Of a stretch of DNA of 64,000 nt, positions 11,401 to 23,400 are shown piece by piece. Each line of letters begins with the position of its first letter. The stretch's first letter is position 1. The translations under genes were made by a program, and so were the position numbers. The notes under the pieces are model-generated. The model was not told the DNA's origin, searched no databases, and worked only from the letters and a program-made list of their open reading frames with translations. The stretch comes from the human T2T-CHM13v2.0 reference genome, Homo sapiens, in NCBI RefSeq assembly GCF_009914755.1, contig NC_060941.1, one strand, 5' to 3'.

Positions 11401-14400
11401 AAAGCTAGATAGAAGCATTCTCAGAAACTACTTTGTGACGATTGCATTCAAGTCACAGAGTTGAACATTCCCTTTGACAGAGCAGTTTGGAAACTCTCTT
11501 TGTGTAGAATCTGCAAGTGGAGATATGGACCGCTTTGAGGCCTATGGTAGTAAAGGTAATAGCTTCATATGAAAGCTAGACAGTAGCATTCACAGAAAAC
11601 TCTTGGTGACGACTGAGTTTAACTCACAGAGCTGAACATTCCTTTGGATGGAGCAGTTTCGAAACACACTATTTGTAGAATGTGCAAGTGGATATTTGGG
11701 CCTCTCTGAGGATTTCGTTGGAAACGGGATAAACCGCACAGAACTAAACAGAAGCATTCTCAGAACCTTCTTCGTGATGTTTGCATTCAACTCACAGTGT
11801 TGAACCTTTCTTTGATAGTTCAGGTTTGAAACGGTCTTTCTGTAGAAACTGCAAGTAGATATTTGGACCTCTCTGAGGATTTCGTTGGAAACGGGATAAA
11901 CCGCACAGAACTAAAACAGAAGCATTCTCAGAACCCTCTTCGTGATGTTTGCATTCAACTCACAGTGCTGAACCTTTCTTTGATAGTTCAGCTTTGAAAC
12001 ACTCTTCTTGTAGAAACTGCAAGTGGATATTTGGTCCTCTCTGAGGATTTCGTTGGAAACGGGATAAACCGCACAGAACTAAACAGAAGCATTCTCAGAA
12101 CCTTCTTCGTGATGTCTGCATTCAACTCACAGTGTGGAACCTTTCTTTGATAGTTCAGGTTTGAAACACTCTTTTTGTAGAAACTGCAAGGGGATAATTG
12201 CACTTCTTTGAGGCCTACCGTAGTAAAGGAAATAACTTCCTATAGAAAGAAGACAGAAGCTTTCTCAGAAAATCCTTTGGGATGATTGAGTGGAACTCAC
12301 AGAGCTGAACATTCCTTGCGATGTAGCAGTTTAGAAACACACTTTCTGCAGAATCTGCAAGTGCATATGTGGACCTCTCCGAGGAATTCGTTGGAAACGG
12401 GATAATTTCAGCTGACTAAACAGAAGCAGTCTCAGAATCTTCTTTGTGATGTTTGCATTCAAATCCCAGAGTTGAACTTCCCTTTCAAAGTTCACGTTTG
12501 AAACACTCTTTTTGCAGGATCTACAAGTGGATATTTGGACCACTCTGTGTCCTTCGTTCGAAACGGGTATATCTTCACATGACATCTAGACAGAAGCATT
12601 CTCAGAAGCTTCTCTGTGATGACTGCATTCAACTCACGGAGTTGAACACTCCTTTTGAGAGCGCAGTTTTGAAACTCTCTTTCTGTGGCATCTGCAAGGG
12701 GACATGTAGACCTCTTTGAAGATTTCGTTGGAAACGGAATCATCTTCACATAAAAACTATACAGATGCATTCTCAGGAACTTTTTGGTGATGTTTGTATT
12801 CAACTCCCAGAGTTGAACTTTCCTTTGGAAAGAGCAGCTATGAAACACTCTTTTTCTAGAATCTGCAAGTGGACGTTTGGAGGGCTTTGTGGTTTGTGGT
12901 GGAAAAGGAAATATCTTCACCTAAATACTAGATAGAAGCATTCTCAGAAACTGCTTTGTGATGATTGCATTCACCTCACAGAGTTGAACATTCCTATTGA
13001 TAGAGCAGTTTGGAAACACTCTTGTTGTGGAATGTGCAAGTGGAGATTTGGAGCGCTTTGAGGCCTATGGTAGTAAAGGGAATAGCTTCATAGAAAAACT
13101 AGACAGAAGCATTCTCAGAAAATACTTTGTGATGATTGAGTTTAACTCACAGAGCTGAACATTCCTTTGGATGGAGCAGGTTTGAGACACACTTTTTGTA
13201 GAATCTACAAGTGGATATTTGGACCTCTCTGAGGATTTCGTTGGAAACGCGATAACTGCACCTAACTAAACGGAAGCATTCTCAGAAACTTCTTGGTGAT
13301 GTTTGCATTCAAATCCCAGAGTTGAACCTTCCTGTGATAGTTCAGGTTTGAAACACTCTTTTTGTAGGATCTGCAAGTGGATATTTGGACCACTCTGTGG
13401 CCTTCGTTCGAAACGGGTACATCTTCACATAAAATCTAGACAGAAGCCTTCTCAGAAACTTCTCTGTGATGATTGCATTCAACTCACAGATTTGAACCCT
13501 CCTATGGATAGAGCATTGTTGAAACTCTCTTTTTGTGGAATCTGCAAGTGGATATGTGGACCTCTCCGAAGATGTCTTTGGAAACGGGAATATCTTCACA
13601 TAAAAACTAAACAGAAGCATTCTCAGAAACTTCTCTGTGATGTTTGTGTTCAACTCCCAGAGTTTCACATTGCTTTTCATAGAGTAGTTCTGAAACATGC
13701 TTTTCGTAGTGTCTGCAAGTGGACATTTGGAGCGCTTTCAGGCCTGTGGTGGAAAACGAATTATGGTCCCATAAAAACTGGAGAGAAGCATTGTCAGAAA
13801 CTTCTTTGTGATGATTGCATTCAACTCACAGAGATGAAGGTTCCTTTACAAACAGCAGTTTCCAAACACTCTTTCTGTGGAATCTGCAAGTGGATATTTG
13901 GACCTCTTTGAAGATTTCGTTGGAAACGGGAGAATCTTCACAGAAAAGCTAAACAGAAGCATTCTCAGAAACTTCTTTGTGATGCTTGCATTCAACTCAC
14001 AGAGTTGAACTTTCCTTTCGAGAGAGAAGCTTTGAAACACTCTTTTTCCAGAATCTGCAAGTGGACATTTGGAGGGCTTTGAGGCCTGTGGTGGAAAAGG
14101 AATTAACTTCCCGTAAAAGCTAGATAGAAGCATTCTCAGAAACTACTTTGTGACGATTGCATTCAAGTCACAGAGTTGAACATTCCCTTTGACAGAGCAG
14201 TTTGGAAACTCTCTTTGTGTAGAATCTGCAAGTGGAGATATGGACCGCTTTGAGGCCTATGGTAGTAAAGGTAATAGCTTCATATGAAAGCTAGACAGTA
14301 GCATTCACAGAAAACTCTTGGTGACGACTGAGTTTAACTCACAGAGCTGAACATTCCTTTGGATGGAGCAGTTTCGAAACACACTATTTGTAGAATGTGC

Positions 14401-17400
14401 AAGTGGATATTTGGGCCTCTCTGAGGATTTCGTTGGAAACGGGATAAACCGCACAGAACTAAACAGAAGCATTCTCAGAACCTTCTTCGTGATGTTTGCA
14501 TTCAACTCACAGTGTTGAACCTTTCTTTGATAGTTCAGGTTTGAAACGGTCTTTCTGTAGAAACTGCAAGTAGATATTTGGACCTCTCTGAGGATTTCGT
14601 TGGAAACGGGATAAACCGCACAGAACTAAAACAGAAGCATTCTCAGAACCCTCTTCGTGATGTTTGCATTCAACTCACAGTGCTGAACCTTTCTTTGATA
14701 GTTCAGCTTTGAAACACTCTTCTTGTAGAAACTGCAAGTGGATATTTGGTCCTCTCTGAGGATTTCGTTGGAAACGGGATAAACCGCACAGAACTAAACA
14801 GAAGCATTCTCAGAACCTTCTTCGTGATGTCTGCATTCAACTCACAGTGTGGAACCTTTCTTTGATAGTTCAGGTTTGAAACACTCTTTTTGTAGAAACT
14901 GCAAGGGGATAATTGCACTTCTTTGAGGCCTACCGTAGTAAAGGAAATAACTTCCTATAGAAAGAAGACAGAAGCTTTCTCAGAAAATCCTTTGGGATGA
15001 TTGAGTGGAACTCACAGAGCTGAACATTCCTTGCGATGTAGCAGTTTAGAAACACACTTTCTGCAGAATCTGCAAGTGCATATGTGGACCTCTCTGAGGA
15101 ATTCGTTGGAAACGGGATAATTTCAGCTGACTAAACAGAAGCAGTCTCAGAATCTTCTTTGTGATGTTTGCATTCAAATCCCAGAGTTGAACTTCCCTTT
15201 CAAAGTTCACGTTTGAAACACTCTTTTTGCAGGATCTACAAGTGGATATTTGGACCACTCTGTGTCCTTCGTTCGAAACGGGTATATCTTCACATGGCAT
15301 CTAGACAGAAGCATTCTCAGAAGCTTCTCTGTGATGACTGCATTCAACTCACGGAGTTGAACACTCCTTTTGAGAGCGCAGTTTTGAAACTCTCTTTCTG
15401 TGGCATCTGCAAGGGGACATGTAGACCTCTTTGAAGATTTCGTTGGAAACGGAATCATCTTCACATAAAAACTATACAGATGCATTCTCAGGAACTTTTT
15501 GGTGATGTTTGTATTCAACTCCCAGAGTTGAACTTTCCTTTGGAAAGAGCAGCTATGAAACACTCTTTTTCTAGAATCTGCAAGTGGACGTTTGGAGGGC
15601 TTTGTGGTTTGTGGTGGAAAAGGAAATATCTTCACCTAAATACTAGATAGAAGCATTCTCAGAAACTGCTTTGTGATGATTGCATTCACCTCACAGAGTT
15701 GAACATTCCTATTGATAGAGCAGTTTGGAAACACTCTTGTTGTGGAATGTGCAAGTGGAGATTTGGAGCGCTTTGAGGCCTATGGTAGTAAAGGGAATAG
15801 CTTCATAGAAAAACTAGACAGAAGCATTCTCAGAAAATACTTTGTGATGATTGAGTTTAACTCACAGAGCTGAACATTCCTTTGGATGGAGCAGGTTTGA
15901 GACACACTTTTTGTAGAATCTACAAGTGGATATTTGGACCTCTCTGAGGATTTCGTTGGAAACGCGATAACTGCACCTAACTAAACGGAAGCATTCTCAG
16001 AAACTTCTTGGTGATGTTTGCATTCAAATCCCAGAGTTGAACCTTCCTGTGATAGTTCAGGTTTGAAACACTCTTTTTGTAGGATCTGCAAGTGGATATT
16101 TGGACCACTCTGTGGCCTTCGTTCGAAACGGGTACATCTTCACATAAAATCTAGACAGAAGCCTTCTCAGAAACTTCTCTGTGATGATTGCATTCAACTC
16201 ACAGATTTGAACCCTCCTATGGATAGAGCATTGTTGAAACTCTCTTTTTGTGGAATCTGCAAGTGGATATGTGGACCTCTCCGAAGATGTCTTTGGAAAC
16301 GGGAATATCTTCACATAAAAACTAAACAGAAGCATTCTCAGAAACTTCTCTGTGATGTTTGTGTTCAACTCCCAGAGTTTCACATTGCTTTTCATAGAGT
16401 AGTTCTGAAACATGCTTTTCGTAGTGTCTGCAAGTGGACATTTGGAGCGCTTTCAGGCCTGTGGTGGAAAACGAATTATGGTCCCATAAAAACTGGAGAG
16501 AAGCATTGTCAGAAACTTCTTTGTGATGATTGCATTCAACTCACAGAGATGAAGGTTCCTTTACAAACAGCAGTTTCCAAACACTCTTTCTGTGGAATCT
16601 GCAAGTGGATATTTGGACCTCTTTGAAGATTTCGTTGGAAACGGGAGAATCTTCACAGAAAAGCTAAACAGAAGCATTCTCAGAAACTTCTTTGTGATGC
16701 TTGCATTCAACTCACAGAGTTGAACTTTCCTTTCGAGAGAGAAGCTTTGAAACACTCTTTTTCCAGAATCTGCAAGTGGACATTTGGAGGGCTTTGAGGC
16801 CTGTGGTGGAAAAGGAATTAACTTCCCGTAAAAGCTAGATAGAAGCATTCTCAGAAACTACTTTGTGACGATTGCATTCAAGTCACAGAGTTGAACATTC
16901 CCTTTGACAGAGCAGTTTGGAAACTCTCTTTGTGTAGAATCTGCAAGTGGAGATATGGACCGCTTTGAGGCCTATGGTAGTAAAGGAAATAGCTTCATAT
17001 AAAAGCTAGACAGTAGCATTCACAGAAAACTCTTGGTGACGACTGAGTTTAACTCACAGAGCTGAACATTCCTTTGGATGGAGCAGTTTCGAAACACACT
17101 ATTTGTAGAATGTGCAAGTGGATATTTGGGCCTCTCTGAGGATTTCGTTGGAAACGGGATAAACCGCACAGAACTAAACAGAAGCATTCTCAGAACCTTC
17201 TTCGTGATGTTTGCATTCAACTCACAGTGTTGAACCTTTCTTTGATAGTTCAGGTTTGAAACGGTCTTTCTGTAGAAACTGCAAGAAGATATTTGGACCT
17301 CTCTGAGGATTTCGTTGGAAACGGGATAAACCGCACAGAACTAAAACAGAAGCATTCTCAGAACCCTCTTCGTGATGTTTGCATTCAACTCACAGTGCTG

Positions 17401-20400
17401 AACCTTTCTTTGATAGTTCAGCTTTGAAACACTCTTCTTGTAGAAACTGCAAGTGGATATTTGGTCCTCTCTGAGGATTTCGTTGGAAACGGGATAAACC
17501 GCACAGAACTAAACAGAAGCATTCTCAGAACCTTCTTCGTGATGTCTGCATTCATCTCACAGTGTGGAACCTTTCTTTGATAGTTCAGGTTTGAAACACT
17601 CTTTTTGTAGAAACTGCAAGGGGATAATTGCACTTCTTTGAGGCCTACCGTAGTAAAGGAAATAACTTCCTATAGAAAGAAGACAGAAGCTTTCTCAGAA
17701 AATTCTTTGGGATGATTGAGTGGAACTCACAGAGCTGAACATTCCTTGCGATGTAGCAGTTTAGAAACACACTTTCTGCAGAATCTGCAAGTGCATATTT
17801 GGACCTCTCTGAGGAATTCGTTGGAAACGGGATAATTTCAGCTGACTAAACAGAAGCAGTCTCAGAATCTTCTTTGTGATGTTTGCATTCAAATCCCAGA
17901 GTTGAACTTTCCTTTCAAAGTTCACGTTTGAAACACTCTTTTTGCAGGATCTACAAGTGGATATTTGGACCACTCTGTGTCCTTCGTTCGAAACGGGTAT
18001 ATCTTCACATGGCATCTAGACAGAAGCATTCTCAGAAGCTTCTCTGTGATGACTGCATTCAACTCACGGAGTTGAACACTCCTTTTGAGAGCGCAGTTTT
18101 GAAACTCTCTTTCTGTGGCATCTGCAAGGGGACATGTAGACCTCTTTGAAGATTTCGTTGGAAACGGAATCATCTTCACATAAAAACTATACAGATGCAT
18201 TCTCAGGAACTTTTTGGTGATGTTTGTATTCAACTCCCAGAGTTGAACTTTCCTTTGGAAAGAGCAGCTATGAAACACTCTTTTTCTAGAATCTGCAAGT
18301 GGACGTTTGGAGGGCTTTGTGGTTTGTGGTGGAAAAGGAAATATCTTCACCTAAATACTAGATAGAAGCATTCTCAGAAACTGCTTTGTGATGATTGCAT
18401 TCACCTCACAGAGTTGAACATTCCTATTGATAGAGCAGTTTGGAAACACTCTTGTTGTGGAATGTGCAAGTGGAGATTTGGAGCGCTTTGAGGCCTATGG
18501 TAGTAAAGGGAATAGCTTCATAGAAAAACTAGACAGAAGCATTCTCAGAAAATACTTTGTGATGATTGAGTTTAACTCACAGAGCTGAACATTCCTTTGG
18601 ATGGAGCAGGTTTGAGACACACTTTTTGTAGAATCTACAAGTGGATATTGGGACCTCTCTGAGGATTTCGTTGGAAACGCGATAACTGCACCTAACTAAA
18701 CGGAAGCATTCTCAGAAACTTCTTGGTGATGTTTGCATTCAAATCCCAGAGTTGAACCTTCCTGTGATAGTTCAGGTTTGAAACACTCTTTTTGTAGGAT
18801 CTGCAAGTGGATATTTGGACCACTCTGTGGCCTTCGTCCGAAACGGGTACATCTTCACATAAAATCTAGACAGAAGCCTTCTCAGAAACTTCTCTGTGAT
18901 GATTGCATTCAACTCACAGATTTGAACCCTCCTATGGATAGAGCATTGTTGAAACTCTCTTTTTGTGGAATCTGCAAGTGGATATGTGGACCTCTCCGAA
19001 GATGTCTTTGGAAACGGGAATATCTTCACATAAAAACTAAACAGAAGCATTCTCAGAAACTTCTCTGTGATGTTTGTGTTCAACTCCCAGAGTTTCACAT
19101 TGCTTTTCATAGAGTAGTTCTGAAACATGCTTTTCGTAGTGTCTGCAAGTGGACATTTGGAGCGCTTTCAGGCCTGTGGTGGAAAACGAATTATGGTCCC
19201 ATAAAAACTGGAGAGAAGCATTGTCAGAAACTTCTTTGTGATGATTGCATTCAACTCACAGAGATGAAGGTTCCTTTACAAACAGCAGTTTCCAAACACT
19301 CTTTCTGTGGAATCTGCAAGTGGATATTTGGACCTCTTTGAAGATTTCGTTGGAAACGGGAGAATCTTCACAGAAAAGCTAAAGAGAAGCATTCTCAGAA
19401 ACTTCTTTGTGATGCTTGCATTCAACTCACAGAGTTGAACTTTCCTTTCGAGAGAGAAGCTTTGAAACACTCTTTTTCCAGAATCTGCAAGTGGACATTT
19501 GGAGGGCTTTGAGGCCTGTGGTGGAAAAGGAATTAACTTCCCGTAAAAGCTAGATAGAAGCATTCTCAGAAACTACTTTGTGACGATTGCATTCAAGTCA
19601 CAGAGTTGAACATTCCCTTTGACAGAGCAGTTTGGAAACTCTCTTTGTGTAGAATCTGCAAGTGGAGATATGGACCGCTTTGAGGCCTATGGTAGTAAAG
19701 GAAATAGCTTCATATAAAAGCTAGACAGTAGCATTCACAGAAAACTCTTGGTGACGACTGAGTTTAACTCACAGAGCTGAACATTCCTTTGGATGGAGCA
19801 GTTTCGAAACACACTATTTGTAGAATGTGCAAGTGGATATTTGGGCCTCTCTGAGGATTTCGTTGGAAACGGGATAAACCGCACAGAACTAAACAGAAGC
19901 ATTCTCAGAACCTTCTTCGTGATGTTTGCATTCAACTCACAGTGTTGAACCTTTCTTTGATAGTTCAGGTTTGAAACGGTCTTTCTGTAGAAACTGCAAG
20001 TAGATATTTGGACCTCTCTGAGGATTTCGTTGGAAACGGGATAAACCGCACAGAACTAAAACAGAAGCATTCTCAGAACCCTCTTCGTGATGTTTGCATT
20101 CAACTCACAGTGCTGAACCTTTCTTTGATAGTTCAGCTTTGAAACACTCTTCTTGTAGAAACTGCAAGTGGATATTTGGTCCTCTCTGAGGATTTCGTTG
20201 GAAACGGGATAAACCGCACAGAACTAAACAGAAGCATTCTCAGAACCTTCTTCGTGATGTCTGCATTCAACTCACAGTGTGGAACCTTTCTTTGATAGTT
20301 CAGGTTTGAAACACTCTTTTTGTAGAAACTGCAAGGGGATAATTGCACTTCTTTGAGGCCTACCGTAGTAAAGGAAATAACTTCCTATAGAAAGAAGACA

Positions 20401-23400
20401 GAAGCTTTCTCAGAAAATTCTTTGGGATGATTGAGTGGAACTCACAGAGCTGAACATTCCTTGCGATGTAGCAGTTTAGAAACACACTTTCTGCAGAATC
20501 TGCAAGTGCATATTTGGACCTCTCCGAGGAATTCGTTGGAAACGGGATAATTTCAGCTGACTAAACAGAAGCAGTCTCAGAATCTTCTTTGTGATGTTTG
20601 CATTCAAATCCCAGAGTTGAACTTTCCTTTCAAAGTTCACGTTTGAAACACTCTTTTTGCAGGATCTACAAGTGGATATTTGGACCACTCTGTGTCCTTC
20701 GTTCGAAACGGGTATATCTTCACATGGCATCTAGACAGAAGCATTCTCAGAAGCTTCTCTGTGATGACTGCATTCAACTCACGGAGTTGAACACTCCTTT
20801 TGAGAGCGCAGTTTTGAAACTCTCTTTCTGTGGCATCTGCAAGGGGACATGTAGACCTCTTTGAAGATTTCGTTGGAAACGGAATCATCTTCACATAAAA
20901 ACTATACAGATGCATTCTCAGGAACTTTTTGGTGATGTTTGTATTCAACTCCCAGAGTTGAACTTTCCTTTGGAAAGAGCAGCTATGAAACACTCTTTTT
21001 CTAGAATCTGCAAGTGGACGTTTGGAGGGCTTTGTGGTTTGTGGTGGAAAAGGAAATATCTTCACCTAAATACTAGATAGAAGCATTCTCAGAAACTGCT
21101 TTGTGATGATTGCATTCACCTCACAGAGTTGAACATTCCTATTGATAGAGCAGTTTGGAAACACTCTTGTTGTGGAATGTGCAAGTGGAGATTTGGAGCG
21201 CTTTGAGGCCTATGGTAGTAAAGGGAATAGCTTCATAGAAAAACTAGACAGAAGCATTCTCAGAAAATACTTTGTGATGATTGAGTTTAACTCACAGAGC
21301 TGAACATTCCTTTGGATGGAGCAGGTTTGAGACACACTTTTTGTAGAATCTACAAGTGGATATTGGGACCTCTCTGAGGATTTCGTTGGAAACGCGATAA
21401 CTGCACCTAACTAAACGGAAGCATTCTCAGAAACTTCTTGGTGATGTTTGCATTCAAATCCCAGAGTTGAACCTTCCTGTGATAGTTCAGGTTTCAAACA
21501 CTCTTTTTGTAGGATCTGCAAGTGGATATTTGGACCACTCTGTGGCCTTCGTTCGAAACGGGTACATCTTCACATAAAATCTAGACAGAAGCCTTCTCAG
21601 AAACTTCTCTGTGATGATTGCATTCAACTCACAGATTTGAACCCTCCTATGGATAGAGCATTGTTGAAACTCTCTTTTTGTGGAATCTGCAAGTGGATAT
21701 GTGGACCTCTCCGAAGATGTCTTTGGAAACGGGAATATCTTCACATAAAAACTAAACAGAAGCATTCTCAGAAACTTCTCTGTGATGTTTGTGTTCAACT
21801 CCCAGAGTTTCACATTGCTTTTCATAGAGTAGTTCTGAAACATGCTTTTCGTAGTGTCTGCAAGTGGACATTTGGAGCGCTTTCAGGCCTGTGGTGGAAA
21901 ACGAATTATGGTCCCATAAAAACTGGAGAGAAGCATTGTCAGAAACTTCTTTGTGATGATTGCATTCAACTCACAGAGATGAAGGTTCCTTTACAAACAG
22001 CAGTTTCCAAACACTCTTTCTGTGGAATCTGCAAGTGGATATTTGGACCTCTTTGAAGATTTCGTTGGAAACGGGAGAATCTTCACAAAAAAGCGAAACA
22101 GAAGCATTCTCAGAAACTTCTTTGTGATGCTTCCATTCAACTCACAGAGTTGAACTTTCCTTTCGAGAGAGAAGCTTTGAAACACTCTTTTTCCAGAATC
22201 TGCAAGTGGACATTTGGAGGGCTTTGAGGCCTGTGGTGGAAAAGGAATTAACTTCCCGTAAAAGCTAGATAGAAGCATTCTCAGAAACTACTTTGTGACG
22301 ATTGCATTCAAGTCACAGAGTTGAACATTCCCTTTGACAGAGCAGTTTGGAAACTCTCTTTGTGTAGAATCTGCAAGTGGAGATATGGACCGCTTTGAGG
22401 CCTATGGTAGTAAAGGAAATAGCTTCATATAAAAGCTAGACAGTAGCATTCACAGAAAACTCTTGGTGACGACTGAGTTTAACTCACAGAGCTGAACATT
22501 CCTTTGGATGGAGCAGTTTCGAAACACACTATTTGTAGAATGTGCAAGTGGATATTTGGGCCTCTCTGAGGATTTCGTTGGAAACGGGATAAACCGCACA
22601 GAACTAAACAGAAGCATTCTCAGAACCTTCTTCGTGATGTTTGCATTCAACTCACAGTGTTGAACCTTTCTTTGATAGTTCAGGTTTGAAACGGTCTTTC
22701 TGTAGAAACTGCAAGTAGATATTTGGACCTCTCTGAGGATTTCGTTGGAAACGGGATAAACCGCACAGAACTAAAACAGAAGCATTCTCAGAACCCTCTT
22801 CGTGATGTTTGCATTCAACTCACAGTGCTGAACCTTTCTTTGATAGTTCAGCTTTGAAACACTCTTCTTGTAGAAACTGCAAGTGGATATTTGGTCCTCT
22901 CTGAGGATTTCGTTGGAAACGGGATAAACCGCACAGAACTAAACAGAAGCATTCTCAGAACCTTCTTCGTGATGTCTGCATTCAACTCACAGTGTGGAAC
23001 CTTTCTTTGATAGTTCAGGTTTGAAACACTCTTTTTGTAGAAACTGCAAGGGGATAATTGCACTTCTTTGAGGCCTACCGTAGTAAAGGAAATAACTTCC
23101 TATAGAAAGAAGACAGAAGCTTTCTCAGAAAATCCTTTGGGATGATTGAGTGGAACTCACAGAGCTGAACATTCCTTGCGATGTAGCAGTTTAGAAACAC
23201 ACTTTCTGCAGAATCTGCAAGTGCATATTTGGACCTCTCCGAGGAATTCGTTGGAAACGGGATAATTTCAGCTGACTAAACAGAAGCAGTCTCAGAATCT
23301 TCTTTGTGATGTTTGCATTCAAATCCCAGAGTTGAACTTTCCTTTCAAAGTTCACGTTTGAAACACTCTTTTTGCAGGATCTACAAGTGGATATTTGGAC

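Noticed and set aside
18832-18848. Variant CENP-B box CTTCGTCCGAAACGGGT as a loss-of-function site
   Set aside because: The T>C at 18838 falls in a non-essential N position of the motif.
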